Shown: positions 50,981 to 59,869 of the stretch, in pieces
Numbering within the stretch: position 1 is the stretch's first letter
How the letters are laid out: every line of letters starts with the position of its first letter
From: Actinomycetes bacterium
GTDB taxonomy: Bacteria; Actinomycetota; Actinomycetes; S36-B12; UBA5976
DNA: 59,974 bases
Reading direction: 5' to 3'
Assembly: GCA_037137575.1 (NCBI GenBank)
Contig: JBAXKB010000005.1
Location: 1 to 59,974, forward strand
Translations under genes and position numbers: made by a program
Notes under the pieces: generated by a model
Seen by the model: only the letters and a program-made list of their open reading frames with translations
Told to the model about the DNA's origin: nothing
The model's database searches: none

Positions 50981-52237
50981 ATGGTAGATAGCGTGAACCT
51001 CCATAATGGGTACGCCCAGTCTGATATTGAACGTTGGGTTACCGAGCCCAATAAAAGTGTCGACCGCACTGAGTTCGCCCGCGATCGGGCTCGAGTGATG
51101 CATTCGTCAGCACTTCGCCGACTTGGTGTTAAAACTCAGGTCATGGTGGCAGGACAAGACGATTTTCCCCGCACACGCTTAACACATTCGCTTGAATGCG
51201 CTCAAGTCGGCCGCGAACTTGGCGCATCACTGGGTTGTAATCCTGATTTAGTCGATGCAGCATGTTTGTCGCACGATTTAGGGCATCCACCGTTTGGTCA
51301 TAATGGCGAATCTGCGCTCAATGAACTTGCTGGCGACATTGGTGGGTTTGAAGGTAATGCTCAATCATTTCGCTTGCTAACGCGACTTGAACCTAAATCG
51401 TTTACTGATGAAACGGCTGCACGACCAAACGCGAGTATCGGCTTAAACCTGACGAGGGCCACTTTGGATGCGGCTTCAAAATATCCGTGGGCGCGCAAAC
51501 CGGACTCAAATAAGTTCGGTGTCTACGACGACGATGTAGATGTATTCAATTGGATGCGCGGCGATCGTACCGATACAAAAACCTGTTTTGAAGCACAAGT
51601 AATGGATTGGTCGGACGATGTTTCATACAGCGTGCATGACATTGAAGATGCTATTTACGCGGGCCATTTAACAGTTGAAATTTTAGGATCAGTAGATGGT
51701 CGCACCGAAGTCATCGAAATTGCGCGCAGTTGGTATGGCAACGACTTCCAAGCCGCTGGACTCGATGCTGCGTTGCAGCGCCTGTACGACTTGCCTTGTT
51801 GGCCACAATCTTTTGATGGCACCACGCGATCAATGGCTGCGCTGAAAAATACCACCAGCACGTTAATCGGCAGATTCTGCATCGCAGCAGCGGATGCCAC
51901 GCGAAGCGAATACGGAACAGATGCGTTGACACGATATGAAGCCGACTTGATTGTGCCGCAAGAGGCTCGCTATGAGGTAACGGCGCTAAAAGCCTTAGCG
52001 GCGCGCTTTGTTATGAATCGCACAGGTGTGGAGGTTATTTACACGCAACAGCGTCAGCAGATCGCTGATCTAGTTGGGGCTATTTCAGATGACCCAATCG
52101 CCAGACTTGATCCACTTCACCGCGACCTATGGATTGCGGCCCAAACACCAGCTGCAAAAACCCGATGTGTTATTGACCAGGTTGCGTCCCTGACAGATGT
52201 AAGCGTTGTTCAGTGGCACACAACGCTATGCGCGTAA
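50981..52237 (+). CDS. dgt: dGTP triphosphohydrolase-like HD-domain protein
   Basis: HD motif (RLTHSLE...SHDLGHPPFGH), 418 aa, in the conserved dgt-dnaG adjacency. Confidence 0.9.
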   Translation: MVDSVNLHNGYAQSDIERWVTEPNKSVDRTEFARDRARVMHSSALRRLGVKTQVMVAGQDDFPRTRLTHSLECAQVGRELGASLGCNPDLVDAACLSHDLGHPPFGHNGESALNELAGDIGGFEGNAQSFRLLTRLEPKSFTDETAARPNASIGLNLTRATLDAASKYPWARKPDSNKFGVYDDDVDVFNWMRGDRTDTKTCFEAQVMDWSDDVSYSVHDIEDAIYAGHLTVEILGSVDGRTEVIEIARSWYGNDFQAAGLDAALQRLYDLPCWPQSFDGTTRSMAALKNTTSTLIGRFCIAAADATRSEYGTDALTRYEADLIVPQEARYEVTALKALAARFVMNRTGVEVIYTQQRQQIADLVGAISDDPIARLDPLHRDLWIAAQTPAAKTRCVIDQVASLTDVSVVQWHTTLCA

Positions 52238-52240
52238 CAT
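52235..52240 (+). promoter_or_regulatory. -10 TAACAT, leaderless geometry for dnaG
   Basis: TAACAT, then 6 nt, then ATG (52247). The TAA is the dgt stop codon. Confidence 0.4.
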
Positions 52241-52246
52241 TGACTT

Positions 52247-54100
52247 ATGGCTGGCCGGATTCGCGAAGAAGATGTGAACATTGTTCGCGAGCGTGCCCAA
52301 ATTGATGAGATTGTTCGTGAGACGGTAACTCTTAAACCGGCAGGTGGCGGAAGTTTCAAAGGTCTGTGTCCATTCCATGATGAACGCAGCCCATCATTTC
52401 ATGTAACACCAAGCAAAGGTTTGTACCACTGCTTTTCCTGTGGCGAGGGCGGCGACGTAATTACCTATGTCCGTAAAATTGATGCACTCTCGTTTACTGA
52501 AGCGGTTGAACGTCTTGCGGACAAGTACAGCATCTCGCTTCGCTACGAAGAAGGATCTAATAAAACACCTAGCCAACAAGGTCAACGCAGTCGTTTAATT
52601 GAGGCGCATAAGGTTGCGATGGCGTTCTTCCAACAACAGTTACTAACTCCAGAAGCTACTCACGCCCGAGATTTCTTAACCCAACGCGGCTTTGATCAAG
52701 CTTCTTGGGCCACATTTGGCGTTGGGTATTCACCGGCTGGCTGGGATGGCCTGACCAATGTGCTCAAACAACGTGGATTCACCCAAGAAGAAGCTTTGGC
52801 TGGCGGTTTGGCAGTTGCCGGACAGCGCGGTGCATACGACAGATTCCGCGATCGCGTGATGTGGCCAATTCGTGATGCTGGTGGAGACCCAATCGGATTT
52901 GGCGCTCGGAAACTTTCCGAAAGTGATCAAGGCCCCAAATATTTGAATACCCCCGAGACCCCGATCTATCGCAAATCTCAAGTTTTGTATGGGCTCGATT
53001 TGGCTCGCCGAGAGATGGCGAAAACTCATCAGGCAGTAATCGTTGAAGGCTATACCGATGTAATGGCATGTCACTTAGCCGGTATCACTACCGCAGTTGC
53101 AACCTGTGGCACCGCATTTGGCACCGACCATGTGCGTATTTTGCGTCGAATCTTGCTCGATGATGAAATAGCACAGGCGCAAATCGTGTTCACATTCGAT
53201 GGTGATGCCGCTGGGCGCAAAGCTGCATTAAAAGCATTCAATGAGGACCAGCATTTTGTTGCTTCAACTTATGTCGCCGTCGAGCCGCATGGCTTAGATC
53301 CGTGTGACTTGCGTCTTAAAGGTGGCGACCAAGCTGTCCAAGATTTAGTTGCCGCACGTGTACCACTATTTGAGTTTGTTATGCGAGCAACAATTACCGA
53401 CTATGACTTGGCAGGACCTGAAGGTCGAGTTCTTGCCATGCGCGCAGTGGCTCCAGTACTAGCTGGCATCAAAGATGTCGCACTTCGCCCTGAGTACATT
53501 CGGATGGTGGCTGGGTGGTTATCAATTGACGAGGCCACAATCAGACAAGAAATAACTAAAGGCGCAGGAAAGTCAAACCTTAGTGCTCAGCGCCCCACAT
53601 CTAACGTGCCTACACAGTCAACTTTTGGTTCAAGTAATGTTGGCGCAGTTGAACGAACTGCGCTCAAATGTGTCTTGCAGGCACCGGACCAAGTAGGCGA
53701 GTGGTTTGGCTCACTTGAAGAATCCGTTTTCACAGTTCCAGCGGCAGCGGCGGTTTATTGCGCGTGTGCAAAAGCTGGAAATCCATTGGATTATGCCGAT
53801 GCAAATAAATGGGTGCAAGCAGTGATTGAGGTTTCAGATGAAGCCACAGCCTCACAAGTTCGCGCGCTATCTGTTGAGCCATTGCCCGTAGATCGTCCCG
53901 ACGAGCGTTATGTGCAGGCTGTGTTAGCCAGAGTGCTTGAACTAGATGCTGGTAGGCGTATTGACGAAATCAAAGGTGTTTTACAGCGAAGTGACCTACA
54001 AGACGATGCTGCAGAGCAAGCGAGACTCTTGGGGGATTTGTTGGCCTTGGAACAGTACCGCCGGACAATGCGTGAATTTGCAGTTGGTGATTTGGTGTGA
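52247..54100 (+). CDS. dnaG: DNA primase
   Basis: Zn-ribbon motif CPFHDERSPSFHV..CFSCG and a TOPRIM domain (VIVEGYTDVM), 617 aa. Confidence 0.95.
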   Translation: MAGRIREEDVNIVRERAQIDEIVRETVTLKPAGGGSFKGLCPFHDERSPSFHVTPSKGLYHCFSCGEGGDVITYVRKIDALSFTEAVERLADKYSISLRYEEGSNKTPSQQGQRSRLIEAHKVAMAFFQQQLLTPEATHARDFLTQRGFDQASWATFGVGYSPAGWDGLTNVLKQRGFTQEEALAGGLAVAGQRGAYDRFRDRVMWPIRDAGGDPIGFGARKLSESDQGPKYLNTPETPIYRKSQVLYGLDLARREMAKTHQAVIVEGYTDVMACHLAGITTAVATCGTAFGTDHVRILRRILLDDEIAQAQIVFTFDGDAAGRKAALKAFNEDQHFVASTYVAVEPHGLDPCDLRLKGGDQAVQDLVAARVPLFEFVMRATITDYDLAGPEGRVLAMRAVAPVLAGIKDVALRPEYIRMVAGWLSIDEATIRQEITKGAGKSNLSAQRPTSNVPTQSTFGSSNVGAVERTALKCVLQAPDQVGEWFGSLEESVFTVPAAAAVYCACAKAGNPLDYADANKWVQAVIEVSDEATASQVRALSVEPLPVDRPDERYVQAVLARVLELDAGRRIDEIKGVLQRSDLQDDAAEQARLLGDLLALEQYRRTMREFAVGDLV

Positions 54101-54585
54101 AATTCTTCCAACGACCAGAGCCGCTGCCAGCACAAATCAGATCTGTGATGGAATCAAACGAGTACTTGTTGGCTTGGAGCACGCATTCATCTGGGGTTTT
54201 GGCTGTTACTGATAAGCGCTTGATTAGTGCGCAGGCGCAGGTAGTTTCGACCGTCCTGTGGGAAGACTCCCTGTCGGCCAAGTGGGAAGAACCGCTATTG
54301 AGTTTGGTCGTTTTGCACGAGCAAGCAACCCAAACTTTATCTTGGAAGCTCGATGAGCCGGGCTTAGTTCCAACGGCGGTTCGTGATCGAGTGACTGCAA
54401 CCATTGTGATTGACCGCCTCGTAGATGTTCCAGAAGTCGGCCGAGTTCGCTTCATCGCTAGGCGAACAGCCAATGGGGTGATTTGGAGTACCGTGCCAGA
54501 GGGTTCAATTGATGCGCAATCCGCACCTATCCAAGAACGTATTCGAGAGTCATTGCGGTCACTGCGGTCAAACCTTGGAATTTAG
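54097..54585 (+). CDS. hypothetical protein translationally coupled to dnaG
   Basis: GTGA overlap with dnaG, 162 aa, no recognisable motif. It is preferred over the antisense ORF 53970-54473 because of the coupling and its non-repetitive composition. Confidence 0.55.
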   Translation: MKFFQRPEPLPAQIRSVMESNEYLLAWSTHSSGVLAVTDKRLISAQAQVVSTVLWEDSLSAKWEEPLLSLVVLHEQATQTLSWKLDEPGLVPTAVRDRVTATIVIDRLVDVPEVGRVRFIARRTANGVIWSTVPEGSIDAQSAPIQERIRESLRSLRSNLGI

Positions 54586-54663
54586 CAGAAATTGTGCGGC
54601 AGTGGCTATGCCCTAGCCATATGTGCATTGAAGTGGCTCTGGCTGTTAGTATTTATTTCACAA

Positions 54664-54736
54664 TCCCCTGTAGCTCAATTGGCAGAGCAGCCGACTGTTA
54701 ATCGGCAGGTTGTTGGTTCGAGTCCAACCGGGGGAG
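54664..54736 (+). tRNA. tRNA-Asn (anticodon GUU)
   Basis: TCCCCTG acceptor stem, GCTC-AATTGGCA-GAGC D-arm, anticodon loop CT-GTT-AA, and T-arm GTTGG-TTCGAGT-CCAAC. CCA is not encoded. Confidence 0.92.
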
Positions 54737-54753
54737 CAGAAATTATCTGCTCC
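54733..54753. terminator. hairpin shared by the tRNA-Asn 3' end and the deoD 3' end
   Basis: GGAGCAGA-aatta-TCTGCTCC is a perfect 8-bp stem. The left arm starts inside the acceptor 3' strand. The right arm reaches the first base of the deoD stop codon. TATTT follows on the plus strand. Confidence 0.5.
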
Positions 54754-55451
54754 TATTTAAAGGCAGCTTCTAAAGCCAGCTCAATCATTGCACTGAAGGT
54801 GCTTTCCCGTTCTTGGGCCGTTGTTGCCTCATGAGTTCGAATTACGTCACTCACTGTGCAGATAGTAAGTGCTTTGCGATTAAATTGGGCCGCAATTGTG
54901 TAGAGTCCGCTGGTCTCCATTTCAAGACCTAAAACCCCAAGACTCTCGAGTACGTCTACTGCATTGCTGGTGTCGTAGAACCGATCCATTGTCGCGATTC
55001 CACCAACGTGGTAATTAAGTCCGCGTGCTCGGGCAATTTCAACAGCGTTTGCTAGTAAATCAAAGTTTGCAATTGGCGCAAAATCTAATCCGCCAGTTAG
55101 TCTGCGGTTGATTCCTGAGTCTGTCGATGCTGCCATCGCAATAATGATGTCGTGAAGTTTTGAAGTGCCAATTCCGCCACAAGTGCCAACTCGAATCGCA
55201 GTTTGCACATCAAAATCGTTGAACAGCTCGTGCACATAAATTGAAAGCGACGGAACGCCCATGCCAGTTCCTTGTACAGAAACCGGGTTACCTTTGTAGG
55301 TTCCAGTGAAGCCCAACATGTTGCGAACAGTGTTGTACTTAACCGCGCCTTCGAGGAAGTTCTCTGCCACCCATTGTGCTCGCAAAGGGTCGCCAGGTAA
55401 CAAAACTGTCTCTGCAATATCTCCGCGCTGTGCGCCAATATGTACTGTCAT
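54753..55451 (-). CDS. deoD: purine-nucleoside phosphorylase, DeoD (hexameric) type
   Basis: GDPLRA, GTGMG..S.SIY.HEL, and E(M)E..GLY signatures, 232 aa. Confidence 0.9.
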   Translation of the reverse strand: MTVHIGAQRGDIAETVLLPGDPLRAQWVAENFLEGAVKYNTVRNMLGFTGTYKGNPVSVQGTGMGVPSLSIYVHELFNDFDVQTAIRVGTCGGIGTSKLHDIIIAMAASTDSGINRRLTGGLDFAPIANFDLLANAVEIARARGLNYHVGGIATMDRFYDTSNAVDVLESLGVLGLEMETSGLYTIAAQFNRKALTICTVSDVIRTHEATTAQERESTFSAMIELALEAAFK

Positions 55452-55457
55452 GATTTC

Positions 55458-55463
55458 AATCTA
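55458..55463 (-). promoter_or_regulatory. -10 TAGATT, leaderless geometry for deoD
   Basis: The minus strand reads TAGATT, then 6 nt, then ATG (55451). Confidence 0.4.
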
Positions 55464-55497
55464 CTTTCCAAGTGGATTCTTTGTAGTAGTTATGCGC

Positions 55498-56310
55498 TTA
55501 ACTTTTCATTACAAAGGAGAGCACGATAAGAACAGCGCCTACGATTGTTGCGCCAACCGCTGCGGCCATCAGCCCGCCATTAATTGCATCTGAGGCAGTG
55601 TTGAAAATATCTTGTTTGTCTACGCCGATTTTCTGACTCGCCAATTTCGGCAAAAGTGATGCAATAAACAGCCATATGCCTCCGGTTACGAACAATATGT
55701 AGCCTGGCCAGCGCCATGCTCCAACACCACTGCGTTTGTCTACAACAGAAATTCCAACAAACAAGCCCAGTGCGATCAGCAAGAAGATCCACCACATATT
55801 CATTAGTCGTTTCAATGTGGACAGTATTTTGACAAAGTTTTTACGACTTGCTGAATTATCCGCAGTTATTACGACGTAGCCGGCATTTCCTAGCCCAACT
55901 GAGGTAGGGATGTGACGATCAAGCGAGTGTAAGGCTGCTGCGGTTGTGACGATGAGAGCACGCAAATTAACCCGCGTTGTTTTGTTGTTGAGCAGTGCAT
56001 CGTATGCCTTACCCGCTGCCACGGATACTGAGCCACTTGATTTTTGAATTGCGTCAGCTGCGCGTTTGTTCAAAATGGAATAGGGAACCTTCATCTGTGC
56101 TCGTGCCTGTGGGGAAACGTCCTTTAGCAATTCTTTAACAAAGAATGTGCCTGCTGCTAGGGCAACATCATCATTTTTGAGTAGGTTGCTAACTGTTTTG
56201 CTAGTCGCTTCAGGAGAACCGAGTTTGCTGTTCATTGTGTAGGTGGTGAGCGCAAAAAGAATGCTGATGAAAGCAATCGTCGTCAAGAAGATTTTGATGG
56301 TAAAGCGCAT
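55498..56310 (-). CDS. hypothetical membrane protein
   Basis: 270 aa: an N-terminal TM helix, a soluble segment of about 150 aa, then three C-terminal TM helices. AGGGG SD. No family recognised. Confidence 0.6.
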   Translation of the reverse strand: MRFTIKIFLTTIAFISILFALTTYTMNSKLGSPEATSKTVSNLLKNDDVALAAGTFFVKELLKDVSPQARAQMKVPYSILNKRAADAIQKSSGSVSVAAGKAYDALLNNKTTRVNLRALIVTTAAALHSLDRHIPTSVGLGNAGYVVITADNSASRKNFVKILSTLKRLMNMWWIFLLIALGLFVGISVVDKRSGVGAWRWPGYILFVTGGIWLFIASLLPKLASQKIGVDKQDIFNTASDAINGGLMAAAVGATIVGAVLIVLSFVMKS

Positions 56311-56449
56311 TTTGGCCCCTGGTATTTGACTAGGAAAATTTCTAAGTTACTCATCCAATCCTATTGACTCAGGCGAGTAGAAAGGGGTGACACTTCCTTT
56401 GCGCCACTTGGGCGCAAGCCTGTTGATGACTCAAGCAGAACTTGTGTTG

Positions 56450-57370
56450 ATGGCATACTCTTTAGAAGTGACTTTCGCGGTATCAGTTAATGACTTAACC
56501 AAGACGTATGGCAATCAAGTGGCGGTATCTCATGCCACTTTTGATGTGCCACAGGGATCAGTTTGCGGGTTTGTTGGCCCAAATGGATCTGGCAAAACCA
56601 CAACCATCAGAATGTTGCTCGGCCTAATCTCACCAACTGGTGGAACTGGAAGTGTCTTAGGTTCATCAATTGCGCAGCCGCAGAATTATCTGCCGCGAGT
56701 GGGCGCACTGATTGAGGGTCCTGCTTTTTATCCGGCACTTTCGGGCCGAGAGAACTTAAACGTATTAGCAACCCTTGGAAAGTTTCCTAAAGAGCGAGTT
56801 GACCAATTATTGGAAACTGTCGGACTTGCAGATCGTGGCGGATCTAAATTCAAAACTTATTCGCTAGGAATGAAGCAACGACTTGGAATTGCTGCGGCTC
56901 TTTTGCCTAATCCGCAGCTGCTGATACTTGATGAACCGACCAATGGTTTAGATCCGTCAGGAATACATGAGGTGCGCACATTGTTGCGCGATTTAGCAAA
57001 GTCGGGTACGACCGTCTTCGTCTCCTCGCATTTACTGAGCGAAATTGAAATGATCTGTGATTCACTCGTCATGCTGCGCGCCGGTCGGGTTATTTTCTCT
57101 GGTGCTACCCAGGAATTATTAGCAGCACAGCAACCGTTGATTATTGCTAGGCCTGAAAATAATGAGGATTTAACTGACCTAGGCAAAATCGTTGAATCCT
57201 TGGCGAAGAGCTTTAAGGCGGTCGATGGCGCGCTTGAAATCATGGCTTCGAGCCAATGGGCTCCAACTTTAAATCGCACCGCCTTTGAACGTGGAATAAC
57301 GCTTAGCGAGTTGCAGATACAGATGCCAACTCTGGAAGAAACTTTCTTTGACATGACAGAAGGTGCATGA
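56450..57370 (+). CDS. ABC transporter ATP-binding protein (ABC-2 subfamily, C-terminal DUF4162-like extension)
   Basis: Walker A GPNGSGKTT, signature YSLGMKQR, and Walker B LLILDEPTNGLD. The start is uncertain: the ORF opens at GTG 56387 and alternative ATGs lie at 56426 and 56450. Confidence 0.88.
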   Translation: MAYSLEVTFAVSVNDLTKTYGNQVAVSHATFDVPQGSVCGFVGPNGSGKTTTIRMLLGLISPTGGTGSVLGSSIAQPQNYLPRVGALIEGPAFYPALSGRENLNVLATLGKFPKERVDQLLETVGLADRGGSKFKTYSLGMKQRLGIAAALLPNPQLLILDEPTNGLDPSGIHEVRTLLRDLAKSGTTVFVSSHLLSEIEMICDSLVMLRAGRVIFSGATQELLAAQQPLIIARPENNEDLTDLGKIVESLAKSFKAVDGALEIMASSQWAPTLNRTAFERGITLSELQIQMPTLEETFFDMTEGA

Positions 57371-58179
57371 TGATTGCTGTTTTGCGCGCTGAACTTCGCA
57401 AATTACGTCGACCCACCTTGTTTCTGCCCACGATGCTGGCAGCATCAGGTTTGACCGCTTTGACCACATCGTTACTTTATTTACTGATTGATTCGCCGAA
57501 CGGAAACGGGCGAGAAGGCATGAGAGTCACGGCCAAACGCCTTTCTGCGCCCGATGGCTTGGTATTCGGGTTCCAAAGCGCCGCGACACTTCTAGGAGTC
57601 ATTGCCTTGTGTGTATTCGCGGCCCAGACAGCCCAGGAATATACCTACGGAACTTTGCGCAATATCTTGGTGCGCCAGCCAAGTCGGATGAAAGTTCTTG
57701 GCGGCAAGTATTTGGCTATGTCGCTATTTGCGCTATTGATAGTTGTCGTTTCCGCCGCAGTAAGTTTCGCGTTGTCGTTTGCCCTAGCTAGTGGAGCAAA
57801 GGTTTCTACATCGTTATGGACATCAGTGGACGGAAGGCAGGCCACATTAACCGCATTGGTTAACGTAACGGTTGCAACTATCGGCTTTGGTACATGTGGC
57901 ATGATTTTGGGTCTCTTGCTGCGTTCACCGATTAGTTCAATAGCTATCGGTGTGATTTGGATTTTGATTGTAGAAAATTTATTAACAGCGGTGGTCAGTG
58001 GTATTGATAAATATTTACCTGGCCAGCTTTTGACTGCTGTATCAACTGGTGGATCAACATCCCTTAATGGAACCGAAGTGATTACCTTTAAATACGGACT
58101 AGTAGTCTCAGCGCTCTATGTAATTAGTGGGGCGGTTTTAGTTAGTATCCTGTTTAAACGCCGTGATGTGGCAAATTAA
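57367..58179 (+). CDS. ABC-2 type transporter permease
   Basis: ATGA overlap with the ATPase gene. Six predicted TM helices, 270 aa. Confidence 0.8.
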   Translation: MMIAVLRAELRKLRRPTLFLPTMLAASGLTALTTSLLYLLIDSPNGNGREGMRVTAKRLSAPDGLVFGFQSAATLLGVIALCVFAAQTAQEYTYGTLRNILVRQPSRMKVLGGKYLAMSLFALLIVVVSAAVSFALSFALASGAKVSTSLWTSVDGRQATLTALVNVTVATIGFGTCGMILGLLLRSPISSIAIGVIWILIVENLLTAVVSGIDKYLPGQLLTAVSTGGSTSLNGTEVITFKYGLVVSALYVISGAVLVSILFKRRDVAN

Positions 58180-58255
58180 AATAGGGATCCACCAGAACAG
58201 AAATTAAATTTTGCTGCAAGTGTCCTGATTTACAGAAATCCCGTTTTAGATGTGC

Positions 58256-59662
58256 TTATTCCTGCGCTCTTACATCTTTTCGGGCTAACACTGTGTAACC
58301 AAACCCGCCAATAGTTAGCGCGAAGAGCACGCCAATGTTGGTGAATGCCCAAGCGCCATTTTTGCCGCCGATCGGGCCTAAGAAGTAGCCTTGCCAAGAT
58401 AGCCAGCCGGCAAAAGTATTGGTGACAAAACCCCAACCTACGACGGTTGCAACTACTAGTAACGAAATACTTTTTAAATTCCATGAACCATAACGACCGG
58501 TGCTCTCGAAAAGATCTGGTTCGGAATAAGGTTGCTTTCGCATAAGAACATCGGCAACAAAAATTCCAGACCAAGCTGCAAGCGGAACACCTAAGGTGAT
58601 TAGAAATCCTTGGAATGCACCAAAGAAGTTGCTAGCTATCCAAACAAAATAAATTGTGCCAAGTGTCATGATTACCCCATCGATACCAGCTGCGATGTGG
58701 CGTTTCACTGGTAACCCGATTGAAACTAGGGTCAAACCTGAAGAATACAAATCGAGAATTGCGCCACCAACCAGGCCAAGCACTGCAACGACCACGAATG
58801 GCACTAAGTACCAAGTAGGTAATGAATCGGTAAGTGCGCCAATTGGGTCGCTTGCAATGCGAGTGTTTAGGTTGCTACTACTTCCAGCCAGTAGAGCGCC
58901 GAAGATAACCATGATTATCGGCACAACTGATGAACCAAAAATTGTCCAGCCCACAACGCCTTTACTTGAACTTTCGCGCGGTAGATAGCGTGAATAATCA
59001 GCAGCTGAATTCACCCAGCCCAGACCGATTCCAGTAATCCCTAAAATAGTGGCGCCGATAAGTGCTTGTAGATTGCCAGAGGGCAGTTCATGAATTGCGG
59101 TCCAATTAATTTTGGAAAACATAAGAGCCATGTAACCAGCGCTAAGGATAAGTGTTGCCAAGGTAAGCCAGCGTTGTAGACGCATAATCACTTGGAAGCC
59201 AAGCACTCCGCAAAAGATTGTCAACCCTGCTGCCACAACAAAGCCCAGGATCCGCGAGGTGTTGGCCGAAAAATGACCTAGGCGAGTGAACACAGTTTGG
59301 GTAGCCAATGTCGCCAGTGACACAAGTACGGTTTCCCAGCCAACAAATGTTAAGTACGACAAGATGCCTGGAATAACGTTGCCGCGAACGCCAAAAGCTG
59401 CTCGTGAAATTGTCATGGTCGGTGCATTGGATTTCTTACCGGCAAGCGAGCTGATGCCAACAAGTGCGAATGAGCCGATTGTGCCTAGTGTGACAGTGAA
59501 AACAACTTGCCAGATTGAGATGCCAAACCCAAGGAAGAACGCGCCATACGAAATTGCCAAGAAGGAAACATTGGCTGCGCACCAAGGCCAAAAGAGATTG
59601 CTCGGTTTCCCGTGTCGCTCATCTTCAGAAATCAAATTGATGCCGTTTAGTTCCAATGACAC
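58256..59662 (-). CDS. NCS1 family nucleobase (cytosine/purine/uracil/allantoin-type) permease
   Basis: Twelve-TM pattern with an N-terminal ISEDERHGKPSNLFWPW motif typical of NCS1. I prefer the GTG at 59662, 5 nt after AGGAG. The ORF track extends to TTG 59791, which has no usable SD. Confidence 0.8.
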   Translation of the reverse strand: MSLELNGINLISEDERHGKPSNLFWPWCAANVSFLAISYGAFFLGFGISIWQVVFTVTLGTIGSFALVGISSLAGKKSNAPTMTISRAAFGVRGNVIPGILSYLTFVGWETVLVSLATLATQTVFTRLGHFSANTSRILGFVVAAGLTIFCGVLGFQVIMRLQRWLTLATLILSAGYMALMFSKINWTAIHELPSGNLQALIGATILGITGIGLGWVNSAADYSRYLPRESSSKGVVGWTIFGSSVVPIIMVIFGALLAGSSSNLNTRIASDPIGALTDSLPTWYLVPFVVVAVLGLVGGAILDLYSSGLTLVSIGLPVKRHIAAGIDGVIMTLGTIYFVWIASNFFGAFQGFLITLGVPLAAWSGIFVADVLMRKQPYSEPDLFESTGRYGSWNLKSISLLVVATVVGWGFVTNTFAGWLSWQGYFLGPIGGKNGAWAFTNIGVLFALTIGGFGYTVLARKDVRAQE

Positions 59663-59812
59663 GCTTACTCCTGAACAGATTTGCTGGCTTGTTTGCTTTC
59701 CTAGTTTAGGAGATGTTAGGTGTAATGAAACCAACTCCTTTTGCCGAGCTGGCCGGACTACATTGGCATATTTGATTGCCGTTTGACCCAACTCCCGGCA
59801 ACTAAATGTGTG

Positions 59813-59818
59813 TAGACT
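59813..59818 (+). promoter_or_regulatory. candidate -10 (TAGACT) for the right-edge ORF
   Basis: A TANNNT hexamer lies 51 nt upstream of the ATG at 59870. Confidence 0.3.
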
Positions 59819-59869
59819 TTGGATTCAGTATTGTGATTTCAAGGCCATTCGTAAAAGTCGTAGGCGGTT

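Noticed and set aside
50981-52237. dGTPase as a possible anti-phage dNTP-depletion defence gene
   Set aside because: It sits in the conserved housekeeping dgt-dnaG arrangement, and its stop codon forms part of the dnaG promoter. There are no neighbouring defence or mobility genes.
59663-59869. Possible riboswitch (purine, TPP or similar) in the roughly 200-nt region upstream of the NCS1 permease
   Set aside because: I read the minus strand and found only short hairpins, such as TTGCCG-N14-CGGCAA. There is no CUGAGA/ACCUGA TPP core and no purine-riboswitch junction sequence. The region is more simply explained by a promoter (TAAACT at 59703-59708) plus an ambiguous start codon.
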